Positions 16,085-26,095 are shown, counted from the stretch's first letter. The stretch is DNA of 27,470 bases from a virus (IMGVR_UViG_3300008255_000396:1-27470); one strand, 5' to 3'. A program made the numbers and translations. Notes: a model not told the origin generated them from the sequence alone.

Positions 16085-16317
16085 TAGAGTTGGCAGATCA
16101 GGTTTACTTATATAAACTAGGCTCAAATAAAGTTCATCTTGAAGACGACGAGAGAAAAATCCCTGATGAATATATTGACTTCGTTATTATGCGAGAAATG
16201 GGTTGGGATTACTTAACCTATCAGAATCAGCCTGACGACTTCTTAGATTTAGTGTTATCATTTATTAATGCCGAAAGAATGGCAGACATAGAAAAGGAAA
16301 AACAGAAGAATGGCTGA
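16069..16317 (+). CDS. Tail assembly chaperone frameshift extension (gpT-like), reached by -1 frameshift
   Basis: Slippery A-AAA-AAA at 16069-16075. The -1 frame is open (KNGIVELADQVY...IMREMGWDYLTYQNQP...) and has no good independent start. Confidence 0.75.
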   Translation, partial: KKNGIVELADQVYLYKLGSNKVHLEDDERKIPDEYIDFVIMREMGWDYLTYQNQPDDFLDLVLSFINAERMADIEKEKQKNG

Positions 16318-18604
16318 GGCTGATTTAATTACTAAAGTTGCTTTAAAGGACGAGGCTTCTGGTCCTATGAAGGACTTTGCCAAAAGTGTAAAGAATTTGG
16401 CTAAGGACTTTGAAGAAACAGCCCCAAAGGTTAACTCTGCAACAGGCGGAATTCTTCGTTTCGCGACAGGCATAGCAGTAGGTAATATTGCAACAATGGC
16501 CTTAAGAAAAGTTGTCTTGGGTCTAACAGGCGAACTTAAATCTTCACTAGATTCGTTCAATGAATATCAATCTGCAATGATAGGTCTATCCTCTGTTGCT
16601 GCTGCATTTGGTCAAAATCAGATTGAGGCAAAAGACGCGGCGATGTCACTTGCACAGGACGGTCTTATGTCAGTAACCGATGCTGGAGATGGACTTAAAA
16701 ACTTATTGGCTACAGGTTTCGGTTTGGATCAAGCAATTAATTTGATGGTTGGATTTAAAGATGCTGCTGCTTTTAATAGGCAGGGTACTCTTGAGTTTGG
16801 TCAGGCAATAGTAGGTGCAACACAGGGACTAAAAAATCAAAACTCAATAATGGTTGACAACGTAGGTGTCACCAAGAACTTGTCAGTTATTATGAAAGAA
16901 GCTGGTTTGTCAGTTGATGATCTAGGAAAAATAACTTCAGATGCTTCAGTAAGACAAAAGTTATATAACGCTCTTTTAAGAGAAACTGCTGTGTTTGCAG
17001 GTGATGCAGCACTTGCATCGGATACTCTTCAGGGCGCACAGAGCGCGTTAAATACATCTGTAAACATGCTCAGAAAAGATATTGGGTCGGCGTTAGCTCC
17101 TGCTGTTCTTTTTCTTACAAGTTCGGCTACTGATGCTACAAACTCTTTTAGAGCTGGACTACAACCAGCGTTAGAAAAATCTGCAAAAGGTGCAGTATTA
17201 GGCGTAGCTGCAGTAAAGGGTTTGGCACTGGCTTTTAAAACCGTTCTTGCAACTGCTGCTGAAGTTGCTAGAACTGCGATTGAAAACGTTGCTATGTCTA
17301 TGGTTAACCTGTGGGAAATTAAAGACAAAGTGTTGCATGAGGGTGACTTAAAAGGTGCATGGCAACAGCTTAAAAATACTGGAAAGGCAGTTGTTGACAA
17401 TACAAAGGATGGCATTGATGAAATTACAAGAATGGTTGAAAAAGCATCAGCAGATTTTGGTCAATTACAAGACGATGTAGGAACTTCCCTTTTTCGTATA
17501 GAACAAACCCACCTTGAGGGTTATCAGGCAGTTGCGAAAGAGGCTATTGAAAACATATCAACAACAATGAGCGATGCTGCCAAAAAACTTGCAGATCAAA
17601 TTGCTGATGAAATGAGGCGTTTTGCAAAAGCTATCCGCGATCAAGAAAGATCGTATGAAGAAAGTATGCGTGATGCCGTTGTTAGCCACAAAGAAAGAGT
17701 CAAAACAATAAAAGAGCAAATTGAAGACGAGAAGAAATCTTTTGCTGAAGCACTTGAAACTATTAAAAACAACCAAAAAGACGAACTTACACAGTTTAAA
17801 ATTGCCATTGAAGAAAGGTTGACATCGTTAAAAAGACAACTAGATACCGAACTAGCAAGAGGTAAAAATTCAAATCTTGAGAAAGTAAAAAACTTAGAAG
17901 ATATGCTTAGACGTGAGAAGTCTTCTCTTGAGGAACAACTAAAGTTGAAAGAAGAACTACAAACTGAAGAAGCTCAAAAGGCTAGAGAAGATTACGAAGA
18001 AGCACTTTCAGAACTTCAAAAAGACTTAAACGAAGAAATGGACTTACAGGTTAAGTTTGCTGAGGAATTTGCAAAATTCGCTGATGCTCAGGTTGAAGAC
18101 GATATCACTAGATTAAAAAGAAAATTTGCTGAAGAAAGAGCTTTGATGTTGCAGGATCATCAGGAAAGGTTAAATGATATCAAGAACCAAGCTCAGGCCG
18201 AATCTGATGCAAGGTCGGGAAATACTCAATCAACCAAAAAAGACCCTCAGTCAAAAAATGACCTGTTAGATATGGGATACGGTGGTTATGCAGGATGGCA
18301 AGATGCAGAAGCACTGGCAGATTATAAGTCAGGTCATGGTGCAGGAAAATATACAGGTGCTAGGTTTGAAAAAGGAGGAATTGTGACAAAGCCAACGATA
18401 GGTTTAGTAGGTGAATCTGGACCTGAAGCTATAGTTCCTTTAAATAACTCTAACAGGGCAAAAAGAATAATGGATAGTGCAGGTCTTACAAACGAAAAGA
18501 GTGTAAATATTAACGCACCTATTACCGTAGTTAATTCTGAACTTGACATGCAAATTTTAATTGAGAGAATGGCGTTTGAGATGAATAAGCAAGGACTTAT
18601 ATGA
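16310..18604 (+). CDS. Tape measure protein
   Basis: 764 aa, Ala-rich helical with long coiled coil. C-terminal FEKGGIVTKPTIGLVGESGPEAIVPL motif is typical of TMPs. Confidence 0.92.
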   Translation: MAEADLITKVALKDEASGPMKDFAKSVKNLAKDFEETAPKVNSATGGILRFATGIAVGNIATMALRKVVLGLTGELKSSLDSFNEYQSAMIGLSSVAAAFGQNQIEAKDAAMSLAQDGLMSVTDAGDGLKNLLATGFGLDQAINLMVGFKDAAAFNRQGTLEFGQAIVGATQGLKNQNSIMVDNVGVTKNLSVIMKEAGLSVDDLGKITSDASVRQKLYNALLRETAVFAGDAALASDTLQGAQSALNTSVNMLRKDIGSALAPAVLFLTSSATDATNSFRAGLQPALEKSAKGAVLGVAAVKGLALAFKTVLATAAEVARTAIENVAMSMVNLWEIKDKVLHEGDLKGAWQQLKNTGKAVVDNTKDGIDEITRMVEKASADFGQLQDDVGTSLFRIEQTHLEGYQAVAKEAIENISTTMSDAAKKLADQIADEMRRFAKAIRDQERSYEESMRDAVVSHKERVKTIKEQIEDEKKSFAEALETIKNNQKDELTQFKIAIEERLTSLKRQLDTELARGKNSNLEKVKNLEDMLRREKSSLEEQLKLKEELQTEEAQKAREDYEEALSELQKDLNEEMDLQVKFAEEFAKFADAQVEDDITRLKRKFAEERALMLQDHQERLNDIKNQAQAESDARSGNTQSTKKDPQSKNDLLDMGYGGYAGWQDAEALADYKSGHGAGKYTGARFEKGGIVTKPTIGLVGESGPEAIVPLNNSNRAKRIMDSAGLTNEKSVNINAPITVVNSELDMQILIERMAFEMNKQGLI

Positions 18605-19431
18605 TAGACACAATAAATTTACAATCACTCGTTTTAGGTAAAAATACAGACTATACAATACTGAGTGCAAGAGGTTTTGAAAGCCCCAATGTAGTAGTTG
18701 TTAAAAGTCCGTTGGCAGGAAGACATGGAGTAACTGTACATAGGTCGTTATGGCGTGAGAGAATTTTGAGATTAGAATTTGGATTAAGAGCCTCAACAAA
18801 TTTAGCCTATGCAGAGTTAAGAAAGAACTTCATAGAAGCGTTTGACTTACCTAGAGATGGAAATACTCTAATGTATATTACGACAAGTGATGGTAAGAAT
18901 TTACAGCTTACTGTCAACCTATCAAACATTCTTGATGGTGGGTTTAGTCCAGGTGAGTTAACTATTGGAAAAATAAGAACAGAACTTATAGCTGGCGACC
19001 CTGCTATTTACGGCCAAACATTAAATGAACAAAACATAACACCTCCGATTGCAGGTGGAGTAACACTCCCAACGGTAGTGCCATTTGCACTTGCGTCAAG
19101 TGGGGGTTCAGCAACAGTTAACAACGCTGGCAGTGGTGTTTCTTACCCATTAATAAGAATTTATGGACCATCATCAAATGCACACGTCAGAAACTCAACT
19201 TTGGGAGTTCAGTTCAATATAACGACAGACATTACAGCTTCTCAATTTGTTGATGTTGACCCTCTTAACCAGACAGTTTTACTAAACGGTGTGACAAACT
19301 ATCTCCAATACTTTGACGGTGATTGGTGGTGGTTAGAGCCAGGCAACAACTCAATACAATTTAATTCAGACGTCAACAATCCTTCTTCGTATGTAAGGTT
19401 GCAATGGCGTTCAGCTTATGCAGGAATATGA
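18601..19431 (+). CDS. Distal tail protein (Dit, Sipho_tail-like)
   Basis: GRHG..R.LRL, LIAGDPAIYG, VNNAGSGVSYPLIRIYGP, WWWLEPGNNSIQF, WRSAY. Follows the TMP. Confidence 0.85.
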   Translation: MIDTINLQSLVLGKNTDYTILSARGFESPNVVVVKSPLAGRHGVTVHRSLWRERILRLEFGLRASTNLAYAELRKNFIEAFDLPRDGNTLMYITTSDGKNLQLTVNLSNILDGGFSPGELTIGKIRTELIAGDPAIYGQTLNEQNITPPIAGGVTLPTVVPFALASSGGSATVNNAGSGVSYPLIRIYGPSSNAHVRNSTLGVQFNITTDITASQFVDVDPLNQTVLLNGVTNYLQYFDGDWWWLEPGNNSIQFNSDVNNPSSYVRLQWRSAYAGI

Positions 19432-20513
19432 GTACAGAACTATCTAACTGGTCGTTTAGAATAAAGGATGCAAGCGGTAACACTATTGCAAATCTAATTA
19501 ATGCAGGAAAAAAGTCAATCAAGTTGGGACTAAATAAATCTGGTGAGGCTTCTTTTACTTACAACCTTGAAGAGCTTGATAACTTAGCTGACAAATTAAG
19601 TTTAACCGTGGATTCACTAATAGGTTTAGGTAGAAATTCTTTAGTTTGTGTTAGGGGTCACGGTGCAGATGAAGAGACATACTTTGCTGGTCAGATTATA
19701 TCAATGACCAAACTTCTCAACGCCGACTCAACAGAGGTAGAAATTAAAGCAATGGGTTACTTTTGGCTTTTAGGTACTCGTATAGTTGGTTTAACAGAAG
19801 AGCTTAATTATGTAACTACAGACGCAGGGAGTATTGCCTGGAGCTTAATAAACGTTGTTCAGTCAGAAACTTACGGTGACTTTGGTATAACCCAAGGTTC
19901 CATTCAAACATCTGTAAACAGAACAATAGGATTTAATAGAAAAACAGTTAAGGAAGCCATTGAGGAACTTGCAGTTACGGATAATGGTTTTGATTTTGAA
20001 ATAACAGAAAATAAGGTTTTTAATGTCTTTTACCCGATAAAAGGGAGTGATAAAAGTAACTCTGTAATTTTTAGATATCCAAGTAATCACGTTATTGAAG
20101 TTCAAGAAATAAGGGATGCAGCAGACTTAGCCAACTCTGTACTTGCGATAGGTTCTGGTTTTGGCTTAGAAGAGATATCAGCAGCAAGAGATGCCGTATC
20201 ATCTCAGGAAATATACGTTAAACGAGAAAAAATATTACCCATTAAAGACATGAACAATGCGACGGTTTTGGGTGACATGGCTGATGAATACGTTAATCAA
20301 TACGGTCAAATTATACCGTTTTATAAAATAGAATTTATTAATTCTGATAGCTTTACACCAAAACTTTCAGATTTTGGGTTGGGAGATTACATAAAACTTA
20401 TCATTGAGCTTGACTACTACCAAGTAGATCAATCCCTAAGAGTATTTGAGATTAGTATCAATATTGACGACAATGACTTAGAAACAGTGTATTTGACAGT
20501 TGGACTAATTTAA
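19428..20513 (+). CDS. Tail hub / minor tail protein (ReqiPepy6 gp37-like)
   Basis: LNKSGEASF, FAGQI, GFDFEI, ANSVLAIGSG, DFGLGDYI..LRVFEISI. Follows Dit. ATGA overlap start at 19428. Confidence 0.78.
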   Translation: MSTELSNWSFRIKDASGNTIANLINAGKKSIKLGLNKSGEASFTYNLEELDNLADKLSLTVDSLIGLGRNSLVCVRGHGADEETYFAGQIISMTKLLNADSTEVEIKAMGYFWLLGTRIVGLTEELNYVTTDAGSIAWSLINVVQSETYGDFGITQGSIQTSVNRTIGFNRKTVKEAIEELAVTDNGFDFEITENKVFNVFYPIKGSDKSNSVIFRYPSNHVIEVQEIRDAADLANSVLAIGSGFGLEEISAARDAVSSQEIYVKREKILPIKDMNNATVLGDMADEYVNQYGQIIPFYKIEFINSDSFTPKLSDFGLGDYIKLIIELDYYQVDQSLRVFEISINIDDNDLETVYLTVGLI

Positions 20514-20959
20514 TGGCATATAGACAAAACTTTTATGGAAATATTGATAATTTAGTACAGAGACTACAAAAGCTTGAATTTGTGAGTCAAAAATTAGGTG
20601 CTGATGTTATTCAAGTCACAAGTTCAAACATATCTTCTGCTGCTTCAGGTTCAGTCTCAGCAGGTGGAAAGGTTATTTATACTATTACTCTCACACCTTC
20701 TGCACAAATACTTACTATATGGGATTTACTGTTTTCAATCTTTATAGATGAAGATTTTGATACTGACTACCTATATCCAAACGGGTCAAGTCTTTCGGCA
20801 GGAGACAAAAACTTAGATTTACAATTTTCTGTTGATTGGGCTTTGTCAGACGACTCAGTAGGAAAGAGGATAGCAATAATTACGATAGTAAACAACGACT
20901 CTTCACCACATGAATACTTTTTATATAGCAAATGGTATGGTCCAAAACAAACGATATGA
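20513..20959 (+). CDS. Tail-tip protein, 148 aa; short paralog of the next gene
   Basis: N-terminal short coiled coil (LVQRLQKLE) and beta-rich body. N- and C-terminal segments align with those of 20956-23055. Confidence 0.7.
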   Translation: MAYRQNFYGNIDNLVQRLQKLEFVSQKLGADVIQVTSSNISSAASGSVSAGGKVIYTITLTPSAQILTIWDLLFSIFIDEDFDTDYLYPNGSSLSAGDKNLDLQFSVDWALSDDSVGKRIAIITIVNNDSSPHEYFLYSKWYGPKQTI

Positions 20960-23055
20960 TGAGGGGTACTTTAGACAAAAATGCCAATCTATTTTCAAAA
21001 TTAAAGGAAGTTAGCGAAAGATTACAAAAACTTGAGTCGGTAACTCAAAATATTGGTGCTGATATTGTTGGTGTATCGTCAAGTGCATTAAACAGTGAAG
21101 ACTTTGTTGTTGAAGGCAATAGTGAAAAAATTATAACAAGAAATGTGTCATCAACCGACAACGTTCTTTACTTGATTAGACTTCTTTGGAGCTTAGAGGT
21201 TATAGACAAAGGAAATACTAAGCTTGCAATAAATTACGAAGCGAATAATATTTTTGAATCAAAGACTGTTGATACTTTAGTAGCAGGTGAAGCTAGTTTT
21301 TGTTACCCCATTAATCACTCCTCAGTTGAGACCTCAACAGGAATAATTGCAGTGTTTTGGATTGATGACCCTACAGCTCCGTCTTTGTATATGAGTACAA
21401 GCACAGATCAAGGTGAGACCTGGTCGGAAGGACAACTTGTTGCGAGTTTAAACCCTAACTATGTGGGTTCAATGTACAGATACGATGTTGCAATTGACGA
21501 TAACGATAATATTCATGTTGTTTACAATAGGTTGGTTTCTAGTGATATGTATATATATTATAAATTATTAACTTATAATGCAGGATCATGGACCATAGGT
21601 AGCGAAGAGACACTTGATAACGGAATATCTATTTGGCCCTCAATTTGTTACTCAGCAACATTAAACAAGCTCTTTGCAGGTTGGACAAAATACACAGGTA
21701 GTTCAGAGTATCAATATAAATCAAAGTATAAAGATTCACCAAGTGGAAGCTGGACAGGCGAGTCGTTTCCAGGTCCAACCAACGGTCAAAAGGGGCTAAA
21801 AACTGGAAGAATCGTTGAATATGCAGGTAGTGTTAAAGCTATTTGGTACTTTGGTTATAACAGCCATGTATATACATGTGACTGGAATTCTTCTACTCAA
21901 AACTGGGGTTCTGTGGTTGATAGTTTTTGGACATCTGCTACGGTAATACATAATTTTTCAATAGTAACTTTAGATAATAACGAGATTCATTGTTTGATAC
22001 AAAATACAAACGAATCTAGTTTTTTAATTGAATGGAGATATTTTAATGGTGTGGGTTGGACAAGCTCAACAAATATTTCTGAAGGCTCAAAGGATGGTAT
22101 GCCAGCGTTAACAAAAAGTGGTAATACTGCTATAGCATTTTGGTCAAAGTCAAACTTAGTAGATACAGCAGAGTCTTTGATACGTAAAAAGATTACAAAC
22201 CTAGGTGCTAGTTTGGCTGATATAGTAGATTCAGGAAGTCCAACTCCTTCAAGAGATACTGTGTCTACGCCAGTTAACATTGTTTCAGAAAACTTTTCTT
22301 TTGCTACTTTTGCCCGCGAACAAAGTCCTGGGTCTGGCGTTGATCAAGTTAGGTTTGCCAGACAATATGACTCACACGCTGACGATATTGAATTTGACGT
22401 TTTGACAAACGAAGACGACGGTTTTGAAGAGGATAATACTACATGGGATGATAGTGAGTCAAAATGTGGTGAAGATCCTGCTGGTACTAATAGTTGGGAT
22501 TTAGGAGTAAGGTTCCAAAATATAACAATTCCTCAAGGTGCAACAATAAATACGGCTTATTTAAAATTTTATGGAAATGAAAATTCGTCTGGAAAGATTA
22601 TTGATGTAATAGTAAAAGGTATTAAAGAAACTAATGCTAACGCATTTTCTTCTAGTTCAAGACCTTCACAAAGATCAAAGACAACAGAGGTGGTTAACTG
22701 GTCAATTGCTGACAGATTAATAAACGTACAGCAAACTTCACCCGATATAACCAACATTGTTCAAGAAATTGTTAGTCAGGCTTCGTGGGTAAGTGGTAAC
22801 GCCATGGCGTTTGTTTTGGAAGATAATGGAAACTCTGACGAGAGTGCTACTTTTGTTGATCTTGACCAAGCGTCTAGTGATAGTTGGTATAATGTAATTA
22901 ATAACAAGATTTCTTTTAACTGGTTTTGTGACTGGGCCACATCAGACGACGCTAACGGAATACGAATATATTACTTTATAATTAACAATTTGACAGCAAA
23001 CCAAATAACTATTAGATTAAGAAGTAAGGCTTATGCCTTGACTCAGGATATATGA
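20956..23055 (+). CDS. Tail-tip/receptor-binding protein with inserted BNR-type beta-propeller and beta-sandwich domain
   Basis: Asp-box STDQGETW, repeated propeller-like blades (DVAIDDNDNIHVVY, WPSI, MPAL), and GVRFQNITIPQGATINTAYLKF..SPDITNIVQEIV..W.SGNAM module. ATGA overlap start at 20956. Confidence 0.72.
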   Translation: MMRGTLDKNANLFSKLKEVSERLQKLESVTQNIGADIVGVSSSALNSEDFVVEGNSEKIITRNVSSTDNVLYLIRLLWSLEVIDKGNTKLAINYEANNIFESKTVDTLVAGEASFCYPINHSSVETSTGIIAVFWIDDPTAPSLYMSTSTDQGETWSEGQLVASLNPNYVGSMYRYDVAIDDNDNIHVVYNRLVSSDMYIYYKLLTYNAGSWTIGSEETLDNGISIWPSICYSATLNKLFAGWTKYTGSSEYQYKSKYKDSPSGSWTGESFPGPTNGQKGLKTGRIVEYAGSVKAIWYFGYNSHVYTCDWNSSTQNWGSVVDSFWTSATVIHNFSIVTLDNNEIHCLIQNTNESSFLIEWRYFNGVGWTSSTNISEGSKDGMPALTKSGNTAIAFWSKSNLVDTAESLIRKKITNLGASLADIVDSGSPTPSRDTVSTPVNIVSENFSFATFAREQSPGSGVDQVRFARQYDSHADDIEFDVLTNEDDGFEEDNTTWDDSESKCGEDPAGTNSWDLGVRFQNITIPQGATINTAYLKFYGNENSSGKIIDVIVKGIKETNANAFSSSSRPSQRSKTTEVVNWSIADRLINVQQTSPDITNIVQEIVSQASWVSGNAMAFVLEDNGNSDESATFVDLDQASSDSWYNVINNKISFNWFCDWATSDDANGIRIYYFIINNLTANQITIRLRSKAYALTQDI

Positions 23056-23159
23056 AAAGGAATAAAAAAATAAATACTTCAAAAGGTGTTACAATAAAAG
23101 TAGAGGTCTTTGACAAAAAGGGCAAGAAAATTTCTGAAAATAATAGTATAAACAAATAA
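23052..23159 (+). CDS. Small basic protein, 35 aa (not in ORF track)
   Basis: ATGA overlap. MKRNKKINTSKGVTIKVEVFDKKGKKISENNSINK. Stop lies 1 nt before the next ATG. Confidence 0.55.
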   Translation: MKRNKKINTSKGVTIKVEVFDKKGKKISENNSINK

Positions 23160-23160
23160 T

Positions 23161-24234
23161 ATGACAATACACGTTAGGGCAGTTGATGGAATGACATCAC
23201 ACGACGCTGCTGATGTCACTCAACTAGAAACACAATTTCTTTCTCAAGAGGGGGTTGTTGGTATTACAGGTAATGACCTTTTAGTTGAAGCACAAGCATC
23301 ACCAGACATGACCGTTAAGGTAAGTCCTGGGAGCTGTTTCGTTTTGAGAGATGCTAACGCAGATAATGATAATACTCTAAGATATTGGAACGTCATTGTT
23401 GACGCTATTACGAACGTAACTATTCCTACAGCAGACATTTCAAATGACAGGATTGACTTAATTTGCGTAAAGATTGACACTGGTGCTTCTCCTAATGCAG
23501 GTGCTACAAACATTGCAACGTTAGTGGCGGTTGAAGGAACTCCTGCTGGATCACCAACTGCACCTGCTGTTCCTAACAATCATTTGAAAATAGCAGAGAT
23601 TTCAGTCCCAGCAAGCGATACAACAATATCTTCAGGTCAAATAACAGACTCAAGAACTTTTATAGGTCTACAGCTTCCTTACGCACATGGATATAGGTTA
23701 AAAGATACATCTGGAAGCCTTGATACTCAAATTTATGAAGACTCTACTGGTAAGGTTATTATTAAAGGTCAGAGAAATTTAGCCTCAGTTTCAATTGACC
23801 AGGTTAATAATAAAATTATTTTAAAGCCAGGTGGGGGTAAGCTTGGAACAGTCGTGGGTTCGGGAGTTGTTGAAGTTGAACTTTTTGCTCCTGCCACAGC
23901 AGTTGCAACAGGCGACAGTAAAAAGATACTAACATTACCTAAAAAGTTTGCAGGATTAAGGTTGGCAAGGGTTCATGCTGGCATAGGAGACACGCAGTCA
24001 TCATCTGGTGCGGTTACTGTTCAAATACACGACTTGACCAATGGAGTTGATTTACTTCTTACTAGGTTAACAGTTGATGCCAACGAAGACGGTTCTGAAA
24101 CTGCTGCTGCACCTGCTGTTATTGACGAAACAAGAAATACTGCAACAGAAAACCAGAGACTAAGGTTTGACGTTGATGTTGCTGGGACTGGCACAACTGG
24201 ACTGGTTATAAGATTAGAATACGAGAATTATTAA
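23161..24234 (+). CDS. Minor tail protein
   Basis: PDMTVKVSPG, TAD..NDRIDLI, GTPAGSPTAPAVP..LKIAEISVPA..ITDSRTF, typical of sipho minor tail/baseplate proteins. C-terminal beta-sandwich ends LRFDVDVAGTGTTGL. Confidence 0.72.
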   Translation: MTIHVRAVDGMTSHDAADVTQLETQFLSQEGVVGITGNDLLVEAQASPDMTVKVSPGSCFVLRDANADNDNTLRYWNVIVDAITNVTIPTADISNDRIDLICVKIDTGASPNAGATNIATLVAVEGTPAGSPTAPAVPNNHLKIAEISVPASDTTISSGQITDSRTFIGLQLPYAHGYRLKDTSGSLDTQIYEDSTGKVIIKGQRNLASVSIDQVNNKIILKPGGGKLGTVVGSGVVEVELFAPATAVATGDSKKILTLPKKFAGLRLARVHAGIGDTQSSSGAVTVQIHDLTNGVDLLLTRLTVDANEDGSETAAAPAVIDETRNTATENQRLRFDVDVAGTGTTGLVIRLEYENY

Positions 24235-24325
24235 TAATGAATTTTCAAATGAAGTTTTTTTGTGGTCAGTTTTAAAAGGATTAAATTTAGAATTTTAATT
24301 ATCTTAAACATGGTGGAGGCATAAT

Positions 24326-25513
24326 ATGACAGTTTTAAACTCGTGGCAAAAACTAGACAGAGTTTTATCAGGTAAACCATTTGGAGACGGAAGTAGTGGA
24401 AACGCTACAATATCTTCAGACCCTGCTACACGTGCTTCTTTAACAACCGTAGCTTCTGGAGAAACAGCAATTACAATAGGAACAGCCATTTTATCTAATG
24501 GTGATGTTTTTGCTCTTTATCAGGCAAGGGGAACAGGTGTTGGTCAATGGGAAATAAACAAAGTTGCATCGGGTGGTGGAAGCACATCAATAGTTTGCAG
24601 CAAAGCCTTACAGTATTCATATTCAACTACAGGAGCTAATGTGGCTCAGGTAATTAAAATTCCACAATACGACGAAGTAACTTTAAGTAATTTCACAGTC
24701 GGAGCTTGGGATGGTGAGAAAAACGGAATTACTTTTATTGTTGGTAAAACTTCAATAGGTGGTACTGGAACTTTAACTTTTGCAGGAGGTAATGGTGCTG
24801 CTTCAGCAGGTGGAAGTGGTCAAACTGTAGCAGGTGGAACAGGTGGAGGATTTAGAGGTGGTATTGGAAGAAATGCCTCTGCTGGAGATCAGGGAGAGGG
24901 TTCTGCTGGTGCAGGATCAGCTACAAATTCAGCTAATGGAAATGGTGGAGGTGGTGGAATAACTACTCCATCTGACGGTTCTGGAGGAGGTGGAGGAGGT
25001 AATGGTGCTGCAGGTTCAGTAAGTACAGGTTCAACCCAAGTTGCTGCTGGTGGAGAAGCTGTAGGAAGTGTTGACTTGGTAACAATGGTCCTTGGTGGAG
25101 GCGGTGGAGGTGCATACAAACAACAAACTAATCCAACTGCTTCAGGAGGGTCAGGTGCAGCAGCTATAGTTCTTATTTCCAAAGCAATTGATATTTCCTC
25201 AATGACTTTAATAAATCTAAATGGTGGAAATGGTGGAGTTCCAAGTGGGGGAGCTACAGGTGGAGGTGGAGGATCTGGAGGTGCGTGTTTAGTAGTTTGC
25301 CAAACAGCAGTTTTAGGAACTAATAAGATTACAGCATCAGCAGGTACAGGTGGAAATTCAGGACAATATGATGGGGGTAATGGTTCAGTCGGTAGAATAG
25401 CAATTCATCATTTAGGTACAGTTACAGGAACAACAACACCAACTTTTGAAGATGTAGAAGATACATCTTTAGTGGAAAGTGGTGGTGATAGCAATAATAT
25501 TATGTTTATGTGA
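24326..25513 (+). CDS. Glycine-rich virion/tail-tip protein (possible adhesin)
   Basis: FGDGSSGN start and many polyglycine tracts (GGGGG, GGGGGSGG, GGNGSVGRI). SD-like GGTGGAGG. Confidence 0.68.
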   Translation: MTVLNSWQKLDRVLSGKPFGDGSSGNATISSDPATRASLTTVASGETAITIGTAILSNGDVFALYQARGTGVGQWEINKVASGGGSTSIVCSKALQYSYSTTGANVAQVIKIPQYDEVTLSNFTVGAWDGEKNGITFIVGKTSIGGTGTLTFAGGNGAASAGGSGQTVAGGTGGGFRGGIGRNASAGDQGEGSAGAGSATNSANGNGGGGGITTPSDGSGGGGGGNGAAGSVSTGSTQVAAGGEAVGSVDLVTMVLGGGGGGAYKQQTNPTASGGSGAAAIVLISKAIDISSMTLINLNGGNGGVPSGGATGGGGGSGGACLVVCQTAVLGTNKITASAGTGGNSGQYDGGNGSVGRIAIHHLGTVTGTTTPTFEDVEDTSLVESGGDSNNIMFM

Positions 25514-25758
25514 CCATGACAGACTTCTTTTCAGCAGTATCAAATTTCGGCTTTCCAATAGTTTTGGCTGGATATTTACTTTTTAGATTTGAGAATAAAA
25601 TTGAAAGGTTTAGTACAAAGATGGATAAATTTTCAGATGCTATTGAAGGTAAACCAAGCGAGGGTAAATTTGGGTTGATAAACACAATAAATTCAAATAC
25701 AGAAGTTACCAAAAACTTAGCTAAAGAGATGAATAAATTAGTTAAAAAAATAAAATGA
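25510..25758 (+). CDS. YvrJ-like single-TM protein, putative holin-like
   Basis: VSNFGFPIVLAGYLLFRFENKIE matches the YvrJ pattern. In the lysis region. Start is GTG 25510 or ATG 25516. Confidence 0.68.
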   Translation: MTMTDFFSAVSNFGFPIVLAGYLLFRFENKIERFSTKMDKFSDAIEGKPSEGKFGLINTINSNTEVTKNLAKEMNKLVKKIK

Positions 25759-26084
25759 ATATTTGGGAAATAGTGGCTTATGTATCTAACGGAAGTGGTT
25801 TTTGGGGTTCTATGGGCTTTGCTACTGCCACAGCCATGATAATAGGAGCTTTACTTTATGATGGTCGTTCTTATGACTTAAAAAAAGGGGTCATCACTAT
25901 CTTCACCTATTCATTTTTTATATTTATTACAATCTTTTCAAGAATACTTCCTGTTTTGCCAAGAGTTGCAGAAAAAAACATTCCACAAGCATTTGCAAGC
26001 TTAACAACCATTCTCCTAGTTACCCTTTTTTACTTACTTGGCTTAGTCTTGGGAGTCACTGTTTTCAGGATGCCAAAAAAGTGA
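25755..26084 (+). CDS. Three-TM membrane protein (putative holin/antiholin)
   Basis: Three hydrophobic segments and a basic C-terminus. Directly upstream of the endolysin. Confidence 0.6.
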   Translation: MNIWEIVAYVSNGSGFWGSMGFATATAMIIGALLYDGRSYDLKKGVITIFTYSFFIFITIFSRILPVLPRVAEKNIPQAFASLTTILLVTLFYLLGLVLGVTVFRMPKK

Positions 26085-26095
26085 TAACATAAATT

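Noticed and set aside
24235-24325. AT-rich gap between minor tail genes as hidden gene or terminator
   Set aside because: Only a 12-codon ORF and no convincing stem were found.
6240-25513. Diversity-generating retroelement acting on fibre or tip genes
   Set aside because: No reverse transcriptase and no near-identical repeat pair differing only at adenines was seen. A remote template outside the window cannot be excluded.
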